Source of the DNA: an uncultured virus (IMG/VR IMGVR_UViG_3300032829_000007)
Lineage: Duplodnaviria; Heunggongvirae; Uroviricota; Caudoviricetes
Strand: one strand, 5' to 3'
DNA: 64,000 nt
Virus record (IMG/VR): IMGVR_UViG_3300032829_000007
Part shown: one piece after another, positions 10,521-18,479 of the stretch
Numbering within the stretch: the first letter of the stretch is position 1
Layout of the letters: each line of letters starts with the position of its first letter
Notes under the pieces: model-generated
Database searches by the model: none
Told to the model about the DNA's origin: nothing
Seen by the model: the letters and a program-made list of their open reading frames with translations, nothing else
Made by a program: the position numbers and the translations under genes

Positions 10521-11321
10521 TTAATTATTTATATTATATTTTTTATTCCATTTATAAATTTTTAATAATAATTCATCAAGTGTTAATGAGCATCTATAAT
10601 TTTTTTTAACATTATCATTATGTAACATTAAACTACAATTAGCAGGATGTTTTATTATTTTAGGATCTATATTATTTTTAAAACCATAATTAATTGAAAT
10701 CATATGATCTCTACTTACACCATTTAAATTATCTCCATAATTTTTTGCTTTATACCAATCATATTTTTCAATTAAATTAATTTCAAATTCATTAGGATAA
10801 TCAGATATTCTAAAATCAAATTGGCAATCTTTATAATATTTTTGATATGAAGTTTTAATTTTTTTATAATACATATTTTTACAATCCATTGAACAAAATT
10901 TATTAATTCTTTTTTTAAAAATAAGATATTTTCCACATTCCTTACATGATTTAGGATTTTTTATATATTCTGAATAAGTGTCGCATATTTTTAATCTTTT
11001 ATATAATGCTTCTCTCATATTTTTTTTACCTTTTTCACTAAATATTTTTTTAAATTTACCTTTTTTATTTTTATTATTAAAAGAAGCTGAACAACTTTTT
11101 GAACAAAATATTTTTCTACAATCTCCTTTAATAATTTTTCCACATTTTTTGCAATATTTAATATTTGCTTTCTTATTATTTTGTGAACAATTAATAGAAC
11201 AAAAATGTTTTCTACCTTTTTTTTCACTTCTATTAAATTCACTACTAGTTTTATTAAATTGTTTATTACAATATGCACAAGTAACTGAGATTAATTTTCT
11301 ACCATCTTTCCAATTTTTCAT
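10521..11321 (-). CDS. Zn-finger-repeat, HNH-like homing endonuclease
   Basis: Repeated CxxC..FCSxxC modules; C-terminal SRDHMIS..HPANC..HNDNVKK. Confidence 0.7.
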   Translation of the reverse strand: MKNWKDGRKLISVTCAYCNKQFNKTSSEFNRSEKKGRKHFCSINCSQNNKKANIKYCKKCGKIIKGDCRKIFCSKSCSASFNNKNKKGKFKKIFSEKGKKNMREALYKRLKICDTYSEYIKNPKSCKECGKYLIFKKRINKFCSMDCKNMYYKKIKTSYQKYYKDCQFDFRISDYPNEFEINLIEKYDWYKAKNYGDNLNGVSRDHMISINYGFKNNIDPKIIKHPANCSLMLHNDNVKKNYRCSLTLDELLLKIYKWNKKYNINN

Positions 11322-11403
11322 AAATATTTTTTTAATATAAATACTATAAAATATAAAAAGTGGAACAAATGTAATTTGAATTCAAAGAACATTATAAAAA
11401 TTG

Positions 11404-11479
11404 CGGATTATATGGAATTCGAATCCATCTGATTATACTCCGTGACAGGGAGATAGCCACCCTAGCAGCCCCGTAGACC
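11404..11479 (-). tRNA. tRNA-Asp(GTC), imperfect acceptor stem
   Basis: CTCC-CT-GTC-AC-GGAG arm, TTCGAAT T loop, G73. Confidence 0.7.
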
Positions 11480-11487
11480 AATTTTTG

Positions 11488-11558
11488 CATAAGTAGCTGG
11501 AGTTGAACCAACAAATCACAGTTTTGGAGACTGCTTATCACACCACATGAGTACCTAT
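11488..11558 (-). tRNA. tRNA-Trp(CCA)
   Basis: GCAGT-CT-CCA-AA-ACTGT arm; short D arm. Confidence 0.75.
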
Positions 11559-11565
11559 ATTTTAG

Positions 11566-11637
11566 TGCAGCCGGAAGGACTTGAACCTTCACCCCATTGG
11601 TTAAAAGCCAATTGCTCTACATTGGAGCTACGACTGC
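11566..11637 (-). tRNA. tRNA-Lys(TTT)
   Basis: Canonical cloverleaf, TTGG-CT-TTT-AA-CCAA. Confidence 0.9.
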
Positions 11638-11646
11638 ATATTTTAG

Positions 11647-11720
11647 TGAACCTATTAGGACTCAAACCTAAATCTAAGGACTTAGAAGATCCTTGTATTA
11701 TTCAATTATACTATAGGTCC
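11647..11720 (-). tRNA. tRNA-Arg(TCT)
   Basis: AGGAT-CT-TCT-AA-GTCCT arm. Confidence 0.8.
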
Positions 11721-11725
11721 ATTTG

Positions 11726-11799
11726 CGGGATAGCAAGTAATCGAAACTTGATCAAGTGCTTAACAGGCAGTAGCTATATACCACTTAAGCTTTTTTCCC
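11726..11799 (-). tRNA. tRNA-Asn(GTT), imperfect stems
   Basis: TGC-CT-GTT-AA-GCA arm, TTCGA T loop, G73. Confidence 0.7.
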
Positions 11800-11808
11800 T
11801 AATATTTG

Positions 11809-11879
11809 TAGACCTAGATTTACTCGAAAAATCATCTTCGGTATGTAAAACCGTTGCTCTGCCTTTAAGCTATAGATCC
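11809..11879 (-). tRNA. tRNA-Val(TAC)
   Basis: CGGT-TT-TAC-AT-ACCG arm. Confidence 0.8.
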
Positions 11880-11891
11880 AATTATATTTTG

Positions 11892-11960
11892 TTGCGAGTG
11901 AGAGTAACGATCTCTCCTGATAAGTTTATGGGGCTTATTGGTTCACCTGAACTACTCGCA
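11892..11960 (-). tRNA. tRNA-Met(CAT), reduced D arm (Ile2 or fMet identity not excluded)
   Basis: TGCGAGT/ACTCGCA acceptor stem, loop CC-CAT-AA. Confidence 0.65.
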
Positions 11961-11967
11961 ATATTAG

Positions 11968-12040
11968 TAGGCATTTCAGAATTTGAATCTGAATTTCTTG
12001 AGTATCAGTCAAGGGTACTAACCAGTTATACTAAATGCCT
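11968..12040 (-). tRNA. tRNA-Ile(GAT)
   Basis: CTTGA-CT-GAT-AC-TCAAG arm. Confidence 0.85.
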
Positions 12041-12042
12041 AT

Positions 12043-12074
12043 AAAATAAAAAACCATCATTTTTGATGAGGGTT
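12043..12074 (-). terminator. Attenuator terminator in front of the 11-tRNA operon
   Basis: AACCCTCAT-CAAAA-ATGATGGTT followed by TTTTATTTT. Confidence 0.7.
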
Positions 12075-12100
12075 CTAATAAATCTTATTTAAATATTAAA

Positions 12101-12187
12101 TTAAGAATATAGTTTTCCCTCATGGTAAAATCCTCTTGTTTTATCACCATTATTAATCGCTACCATATTCCAATTTTTTGTTTGCAT
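12101..12187 (-). CDS. Leader peptide MQTKNWNMVAINNGDKTRGFYHEGKLYS (putative tRNA-sensing attenuator)
   Basis: 28-codon ORF between promoter and terminator; codons match the downstream tRNA anticodons; ATGAGGG is complementary to the terminator 5' arm. Confidence 0.75.
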   Translation of the reverse strand: MQTKNWNMVAINNGDKTRGFYHEGKLYS

Positions 12188-12236
12188 TTTTTAAAATTTA
12201 AATTCGATAATCTACAATAGTAGAAAATTTTCGATA

Positions 12237-12268
12237 CAAAGATAATTATAATTTTTTAATTATCCAAA
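12237..12268 (-). promoter_or_regulatory. Bacteroidota primary-sigma type promoter
   Basis: TTTG-N20-TATCTTTG matches the -33 TTTG / -7 TAnnTTTG consensus. Confidence 0.75.
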
Positions 12269-12450
12269 TAATTTTTAAACTATTTTTATATAAATACGTA
12301 AAATTTTATAAAAGGTTACGTATTTTATTATATTTTATAAAAGATATTTATAAGCTGAAGATCTATCAGATTCAACTTCTTCTTTTGTTAAAATTTTAAA
12401 AACTATTTTTTTATTATTTTTTATTTTTTTCATTATTAAAATATTATTAG

Positions 12451-12523
12451 AGGGAATAACAAGATTCAAACTTGCAACCTTTTCGTTCGTAGCGAAATGC
12501 TCTATTCATTGAGCTATATTCCC
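12451..12523 (-). tRNA. tRNA-Arg(ACG)
   Basis: TTTCG-CT-ACG-AA-CGAAA arm, GGGAATA/TATTCCC acceptor stem. Confidence 0.85.
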
Positions 12524-12534
12524 ATGATATTCAA

Positions 12535-13299
12535 TTAATTAAATGCTTCTTCTAATGAAAACAATAATTTTTGCAAATTTGCTTTATAAAATCCCGCACA
12601 ATTAATACAACCACATTCAATTATTTTATATTCATTATTTGTTAAACAAATATCCATAACAAAAGCATTATTTAATTGAAATAATTTTATCATTTCATTA
12701 CAATAATTATATACTGAAATATCAATATTATCATTTAATAATAATCTATTACCTAATTTATATTGACTAGCAGTAATAATTTCTCCTTTAACAATCCAAA
12801 ATCTAAATTCTTGTTGAATATTTTTTATTGTAGAAATTTGAATTTCAGTATTATTATCTAATATTGTTGAATGACCATTTGTTAAAGAATAATTTTTAAA
12901 TTTATTCCATTCATTCATATCAAATTCTCGTCCTGTAAATACTTTTGTATCTTTAGTAGGTCTAGCAAAAAATCTTTCCTTTTGAAAAAAATCATCACCA
13001 AATTTAATAATTTTAGAATCATAATTTAAAAGATTTTCTTTATAATATTCTTTATAAACTAAAAAATCATGATTTTCATTCATTTGTGAACCTGGTTTCC
13101 AACCATATTGGTTAGAAATTCTAGCCATTTTTAATGATCCAAAAGGAAAAATATCTTTTCTTTTAGTTTTAAATTTAATTGTTTCAATAAATGGAAGAAC
13201 TTTAACAATTTCATATTTAAATTTCATTTTATCTAATGCAATTATTAAATTGTTATAATTTTCTTCTCTAAAAACATTTTCTTGTACTATATAATACAT
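12535..13299 (-). CDS. ATP-grasp domain protein (DUF4343/R2K-like)
   Basis: FFARPTKDTKVFTG, EFRFWIVKGEIITASQY, FVMDIC..KIIECGCINCAGFY motifs. Confidence 0.75.
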   Translation of the reverse strand: MYYIVQENVFREENYNNLIIALDKMKFKYEIVKVLPFIETIKFKTKRKDIFPFGSLKMARISNQYGWKPGSQMNENHDFLVYKEYYKENLLNYDSKIIKFGDDFFQKERFFARPTKDTKVFTGREFDMNEWNKFKNYSLTNGHSTILDNNTEIQISTIKNIQQEFRFWIVKGEIITASQYKLGNRLLLNDNIDISVYNYCNEMIKLFQLNNAFVMDICLTNNEYKIIECGCINCAGFYKANLQKLLFSLEEAFN

Positions 13300-13328
13300 A
13301 ATATATAATTATTAAATTTAATATTTTG

Positions 13329-13411
13329 TTATTCCGGTAGGACTCGAACCTACAAGCCTTGCGGCATCTGCTTCAAAGACAGACATGTTTAGCCAATTCC
13401 ATCACGGAACA
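13329..13411 (-). tRNA. Class II (long variable arm) tRNA with TTG (Gln) anticodon
   Basis: TCTGT-CT-TTG-AA-GCAGA arm, GCC-GCAA-GGC variable hairpin, Leu-like D arm, U1-A72, A73. Confidence 0.8.
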
Positions 13412-13421
13412 ATATTATTAG

Positions 13422-13493
13422 TACTGCGTAGGAGGATCGAACTCCTGATAACAACATTGAAGGTGTTGTGGCTTACCACTTGCCGAACGCAGC
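13422..13493 (-). tRNA. tRNA-Glu(TTC), C33 variant
   Basis: CAACA-CC-TTC-AA-TGTTG arm, TTCGAT T loop. Confidence 0.75.
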
Positions 13494-13562
13494 ATTTTTA
13501 TATTTTAGGGTGTTAGGTGGAACTTGAAAATAAAAATTCAAGTATTTATAATAAATTTATTT

Positions 13563-14231
13563 ATGATCCCTCTTTTTGATATATCAAAAATTAATGAATA
13601 TAAATATAATAAAAAATTATCATTTCAATGTGAATATTGTGGAAATACTTTTACAGTAAAAAAAGATCAAGTAATGAAAGCCTTAAATAATCATTTAAGA
13701 ATTAAAATAAAATATTGTTCAAATAAATGTAGACTTAAAAGTAATGATAAAACTATTCAAATTAATTGTACACAATGTAAAAAATTATTTAAAAAACAAC
13801 ATCATAGAATTAGAAAAAATAATTTTTGTTCACAATCATGTGCAGCTATATATAATAATACACATAAAATAAAAGGTTATCATAGATCTAAACTTGAAAT
13901 TTATCTTGAAAATGAATTAATTAAATTATATCCTTTTTTAGAAATAAAATTTAATGAAAAAGAAATGATTAATTCAGAATTAGATATTTATTTTCCATTA
14001 TTTAAACTTGCAATTGAATTAAATGGTATATTTCATTATGAACCAATATTTGGTAAAAATAGATTAAATCAAATAAAAAATAATGATCAACGTAAATTTC
14101 AAGCTTGTTTAGAACAAGGAATTGAACTTTGTATTATAGATACATCACAACAAAAATATTTCAAAGAACAAACATCTAAAATTTATTTAGATATTATAAA
14201 AAATATTATAAATAAAAATTTAAATTTATAA
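13563..14231 (+). CDS. Zn-finger plus PD-(D/E)XK (Vsr/DUF559-like) endonuclease
   Basis: CxxC..(Y/F)CSxxC modules; SKLE..ELDIYFP..LAIELNGIFHY; ATG 13563 preferred because AGTATTTATA lies at 13541-13550. Confidence 0.75.
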   Translation: MIPLFDISKINEYKYNKKLSFQCEYCGNTFTVKKDQVMKALNNHLRIKIKYCSNKCRLKSNDKTIQINCTQCKKLFKKQHHRIRKNNFCSQSCAAIYNNTHKIKGYHRSKLEIYLENELIKLYPFLEIKFNEKEMINSELDIYFPLFKLAIELNGIFHYEPIFGKNRLNQIKNNDQRKFQACLEQGIELCIIDTSQQKYFKEQTSKIYLDIIKNIINKNLNL

Positions 14232-14241
14232 AATTAATTTG

Positions 14242-14313
14242 GGTGTAAGAATGGTATTGATCCATTTTCTCTTGATTCACAGTCAAGCGCATCACTTTAA
14301 TGCTTCAAACACC
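14242..14313 (-). tRNA. tRNA-His(GTG)
   Basis: CTTGA-CT-GTG-AA-TCAAG arm, G-1:C73; two acceptor mismatches. Confidence 0.75.
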
Positions 14314-14323
14314 ATATAACTAG

Positions 14324-14395
14324 TTCTCAGAGATGGAATCGAACCACCATTACGAAGATATAAGCTTCGCTTCCTGACCCTTAGAAGATCTGAGA
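14324..14395 (-). tRNA. tRNA-Ile(TAT)
   Basis: CGAAG-CT-TAT-AT-CTTCG arm, perfect TCTCAGA/TCTGAGA stem, A73. Confidence 0.85.
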
Positions 14396-14478
14396 ATAAA
14401 TAAATATATTATTAAACATTTAGTCAATTTTTAAATTGTGCAGTAATCACCTCGTGCAGGTAGTTTAATTTGATTACT

Positions 14479-14553
14479 TCAGGGTGACTGGATTCGAACC
14501 AGCGGACCGATGCTTCCAAGGCATCGTAGTATAGCCATCTGCAATACACCCTG
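14479..14553 (-). tRNA. tRNA-Pro(TGG)
   Basis: CAGGGTG/CACCCTG acceptor stem, GATGC-CT-TGG-AA-GCATC. Confidence 0.9.
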
Positions 14554-14558
14554 TTATA

Positions 14559-14595
14559 AAAATAAAAAAACCTTCTGAAAATTTTCCAGAAGGTT
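14559..14595 (-). terminator. Attenuator terminator in front of the 6-tRNA operon
   Basis: AACCTTCTG-GAAAATTTT-CAGAAGGTT followed by a T tract. Confidence 0.8.
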
Positions 14596-14626
14596 TATAT
14601 TGTTTTATTATAAAATATTTTATTTT

Positions 14627-14704
14627 TTAAACAACAATAGAATTCCTTCCGGCAAATTTTGCTGGTTGTTCAGGGCGTTCTATGTGTTGAAAAAACATTT
14701 TCAT
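14627..14704 (-). CDS. Leader peptide MKMFFQHIERPEQPAKFAGRNSIVV (putative tRNA-sensing attenuator)
   Basis: 25-codon ORF; codons 6-14 CAA CAC ATA GAA CGC CCT GAA CAA CCA match the six downstream tRNAs; CCGGAAGG pairs with the terminator arm CCTTCTGG. Confidence 0.8.
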   Translation of the reverse strand: MKMFFQHIERPEQPAKFAGRNSIVV

Positions 14705-14728
14705 TTCTTTTATTATTAAATTCAGATG

Positions 14729-14760
14729 CAAATATAAATATAATTTTTTAAATTTGCAAA
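14729..14760 (-). promoter_or_regulatory. Bacteroidota primary-sigma type promoter
   Basis: TTTG-N20-TATATTTG. Confidence 0.75.
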
Positions 14761-15423
14761 TATTTTTTAATCTTTTTTCATAAATAGTTAAAAATATTTT
14801 TTTATTATAAATATATTTGTTTATTTAAATATTATTTTGTAATTTTGCTGAATTAAATATTTCATGATATGAAAAAAGAAGTAAAAGAATTATATACATA
14901 TAATAAAGATTTATTACAATATAATAGAGTTGTTAATTTAATAACATTAATTGAAGAACAAGATAATGAAATTCAAGAATTAAATTATCAAAATTTTGAA
15001 TTAAAACAACAATTAAAAAATTCAAAAGAAAAAATTTGTATTGAATTTATAAAAGAATTATTATTTTCATGTGAAAAAGAAATTGAGCATATTAATAATG
15101 ATTATAAAGAAATTGAAAAAAGAGATTTACCAACAGTTATGAAAAATTTAATAAATTATATTAATGAATTTATTAAGGATAATAAAATTAAATAAAATTT
15201 ATTATGATAAAAATATATAATAATGTTGAAGATTTACCAAATGAAGAAACATTAAAAGAAAATTTTCGTATATTTTTATATTATTATAAAAAATTCATTT
15301 ATGGAGATTATATTCCAAATAATGAAGAATTGAAAAAAATATCTAAAATTTTATCTAAATTAGATAATTTATTATTAATGATGAAAGATGTTTATGATAA
15401 ACATTAAAATTAAATAATTATAT

Positions 15424-16329
15424 ATGAATATTTTTGATGCAACATTAAAAATAAAAAAATTTAAATATAAAGATTTAAGTTTTTTAAGATTAAATAATGA
15501 AATGATGTTATCAAGTTCATTATTATCATTATTATATTCAAGAAAAAAAATAAATAATTTAAATGATTTTTTTAATAAAACTAAATTTATTGGTTTAACT
15601 AAAGGAATTCATAATTTAGAAAATGAAAAAATTGTTAGTATTCGATATTTAAATGATAATATATTAAATTTAAATGATTTTATAGAAAATTCGCCAAATG
15701 AAATAAATACAAAAGAATATTGGAATTTTTTACATAAAGAATTTAAATATTGTGATGTTATGACATATCCTATTGAAGCAAATTTAAAAAATTATTTTGC
15801 TACAAAACAACCATTATATGAATCAATAATTAATAAATTTGATAATAAATTAAAATTTTTTGAAAATAAAAAAATATTAGAAATTGGTCCTGGATATGGA
15901 ATTTTACCTAAATTATTAAAAGAAAATAATATAAAATCTGATTATTATTGTGCTGATATTGTTAAAAGATTTAAACATAAAAATTTCATAGATATTGATG
16001 GATATTCATTATTAAAATATATAAATCAAAATTTTGATATTATATTCATGTCAGATGTTTTCCAACATTTAGGTATAGATATTATTAATACTTATTTTAC
16101 TGAATTTAAAAAATTATTAAATATAGATGGTTCTTTAATATTTACAACACCAACATTAAGTAAAAATGATTTATTAAACACTGCATTTTTTGCACAAACA
16201 TATATATTACCAAGTGAAAATTTATTTCATAAATTATTAAATAGTTTAAATTTTAATTTTATTAAAGAAAATATTTTTTCTAAAAATTATAAATGGGCTG
16301 AATTTTATATTGTAAAAAATAATATTTAG
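15424..16329 (+). CDS. Class I SAM-dependent methyltransferase
   Basis: ILEIGPGYG motif I, CADI motif II, FDIIFMSDVFQHL, LLNIDGSLIF. Confidence 0.8.
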   Translation: MNIFDATLKIKKFKYKDLSFLRLNNEMMLSSSLLSLLYSRKKINNLNDFFNKTKFIGLTKGIHNLENEKIVSIRYLNDNILNLNDFIENSPNEINTKEYWNFLHKEFKYCDVMTYPIEANLKNYFATKQPLYESIINKFDNKLKFFENKKILEIGPGYGILPKLLKENNIKSDYYCADIVKRFKHKNFIDIDGYSLLKYINQNFDIIFMSDVFQHLGIDIINTYFTEFKKLLNIDGSLIFTTPTLSKNDLLNTAFFAQTYILPSENLFHKLLNSLNFNFIKENIFSKNYKWAEFYIVKNNI

Positions 16330-16331
16330 TA

Positions 16332-16664
16332 ATGATAAACATTAAAGAAATATATTTAATATACCCAAATATTGAAAATTATATTTTAAGTTTAAAAAAT
16401 AATTTAAATATGATTAATGTTAAAAATAGTTCATATATTAAATTTACTGAAAATAATATTACAATATTTTTATATAATAAAAAAAGTAAATATTTTTTTT
16501 GTAATCATGATTATTTTTATAATTCTTTATCTTATATATATAAATTAAAAAATGATGAAATAAAAATAATTGTACAAGAAATTATGAATAAATATAAAAT
16601 AAAAATAAATTATAAAAATTTTTTTGTTATATTTAATTGTGCAATAAATAATAATTATTATTAA
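16332..16664 (+). CDS. Distant member of the array-associated KELYLTYP protein family
   Basis: IKEIYLIYP..IFLYNKKSKYFFCN similar to the 28162/45392/46320 ORFs; no repeat follows. Confidence 0.55.
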   Translation: MINIKEIYLIYPNIENYILSLKNNLNMINVKNSSYIKFTENNITIFLYNKKSKYFFCNHDYFYNSLSYIYKLKNDEIKIIVQEIMNKYKIKINYKNFFVIFNCAINNNYY

Positions 16665-17044
16665 ATTATAAAATTTATTAAAAGAAATTAATATTATGAA
16701 AAAAATAGAACAAGAAAATCCATTTCCAAAACTTGGAGAAATTAAAAATATTAAAGTTGAAAATAATATTACTTCAACAGAAAAATTACAAAAATTAATT
16801 GATGAAAATAATAAACATAATAAAGAATTATCTGATGAAGATAAAGAAGAATTATTTAATTTATTATTAGAATGTGTTTGGGTTTCAAGATGGACAGATG
16901 AAAAAAAAGAATCTTTATATGCTGTATTAACACCTGAAGAAGCTGAAAATATAGTAAATAATATTTTAAAAGAATTAGATGATAATAATTTTAAAATTGT
17001 AAAAAATAATAATTAATTTTAAATAAATTATTATATAATTTATT

Positions 17045-17172
17045 GGGGTGGTTGGACATCCCTATGGTGAGGTCTTTAATGGCACTCACTAAGCCTGAAT
17101 AAATTTATGAAAAGGAATCCACGCAAATTTATATTAAATTTGTGTAGTAAAACCAACGATAATAAAGGATTT
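17045..17172 (+). ncRNA. Unidentified structured RNA candidate
   Basis: GC-enriched intergenic island with GTGAG/CTCAC, ACGCAAATTT/AAATTTGTGT, GTTGG/CCAAC and AATCC/GGATT pairings; strand assumed from gene context. Confidence 0.45.
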
Positions 17173-17195
17173 AAAATTATAAAAAAAATAATTAT

Positions 17196-17570
17196 ATGTT
17201 TGATTTAGGAAAAGATTTTGAAATTATTATTACTAAAGGTAGTGGTCCTGGTGGTCAACATCGTAATAAAGTTGAATCTTGTGTTATTATAAAACATATT
17301 TCTACTGGATTACAAGAAAAATGTGAAGATACAAGAAGTAAATTAAAAAATTTTGAAATTGCTAAAGAAAAATTATTTAAAAAAATAGATGATTTAAAAC
17401 AAAAAGAAAAGCAAGAAAATAATAATAAAGAAAGATTAAATAAAATAAAAAATCCTGTTAAAGTTAGAACATATAATGAAAAAAGAAATGAAGTTATTGA
17501 TCATAATACAGGTAAAAAAGCAACATATGATGAAATTGTAAATAAGGGAAAATTAGATTTATTAAAATAA
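17196..17570 (+). CDS. RF-1 domain peptidyl-tRNA hydrolase (ArfB/release-factor-like, GGQ)
   Basis: GSGPGGQHRNKVES..H..TG and VRTYN..V.DH motifs; no codon-recognition domain. Confidence 0.85.
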   Translation: MFDLGKDFEIIITKGSGPGGQHRNKVESCVIIKHISTGLQEKCEDTRSKLKNFEIAKEKLFKKIDDLKQKEKQENNNKERLNKIKNPVKVRTYNEKRNEVIDHNTGKKATYDEIVNKGKLDLLK

Positions 17571-17599
17571 AATTAATAATTAAATATTTATATTTATAT

Positions 17600-17869
17600 A
17601 TGCCATACATAAAACAAGAAGATCGAAAAAAATTTGATAAAAAATTAGAAGAATTATCAAATTTAATAAATTCAGATGGTGAATTAAATTATTGTATTAC
17701 TATACTTATTAATAAATTACTTAATAAAAGAGGTAAAAATTATCAAAATTTAAATAATTTAATTGGAACACTTGAATGTGCTAAATTAGAATTTTATAGA
17801 ACAATTATATCACCATATGAAAATTTAAAAATTCTTGAAAATGGCGATATTACAATAAATTTAAAATAA
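17600..17869 (+). CDS. Conserved phage hypothetical protein (MPYIKQEDR..GELNY..LECAKLEFYR)
   Basis: Recognisable small phage protein pattern. Confidence 0.65.
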   Translation: MPYIKQEDRKKFDKKLEELSNLINSDGELNYCITILINKLLNKRGKNYQNLNNLIGTLECAKLEFYRTIISPYENLKILENGDITINLK

Positions 17870-18082
17870 ATGATAACATGATTATTAAAGAAGAAATAAA
17901 AAAAGAAGTTATTAAAGTAGTTGATAAATTTTGTAAAAATAATATTGAAAGTTTTGAATTTAATACTGAAGGTTCTTTAACTGAAGAATATAAATATATG
18001 AATTTAAAAAATCTTAATAAAGTATTAGATTTATGCTTTGAAGAAACATATAATAATATAATAAATAAAATAACTAAAATAA

Positions 18083-18454
18083 ATGATATATATTAGTCTT
18101 GATTTTGATGGAACCTGTGTAAGACATAGGTATCCACAAATTGGTGAAGAATTACCAAATTGCGTTAACACACTTAAAGAATTAGTAAATAAAAAAATTA
18201 AACTTTGTTTAAATACCATGAGAAGTGGTAAATCATTAGATGAAGCTGTTAATTGGTTTAAAGAAAGAAATATTGAACTTTACGGAATAAATGAAAATCC
18301 AGATCAAAAAAGATGGACAGTATCTCCTAAAGTATTTGGAACAGTTTATATTGGAGATGATGCATTAGGATGTCCATTAATATATGATAAAGATGATGCT
18401 TATGTTGATTGGTTAACAATTAGATTATTATTAATTGAACAAGGAATATTATAA
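18083..18454 (+). CDS. HAD-superfamily hydrolase (BT0820-like)
   Basis: ISLDFDGT motif I, T-x-R motif II, K..YIGDD. Confidence 0.75.
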   Translation: MIYISLDFDGTCVRHRYPQIGEELPNCVNTLKELVNKKIKLCLNTMRSGKSLDEAVNWFKERNIELYGINENPDQKRWTVSPKVFGTVYIGDDALGCPLIYDKDDAYVDWLTIRLLLIEQGIL

Positions 18455-18479
18455 TATGAATGATAATATTATTTTTTAA

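Noticed and set aside
11392..12044. ORFs 11392..11592 (-) and 11547..12044 (+)
   Set aside because: They overlap the tRNA genes and are chance open frames in GC-richer tRNA DNA
13422..13493. Possible TCA (opal suppressor/Sec) anticodon
   Set aside because: The 5-bp stem CAACA/TGTTG centres TTC; a TCA register breaks the stem, and the leader carries GAA codons
14442..14478. AGTAATCA/TGATTACT hairpin just 3' of tRNA-Pro
   Set aside because: Single hairpin without a T tract or a second copy; too little to call
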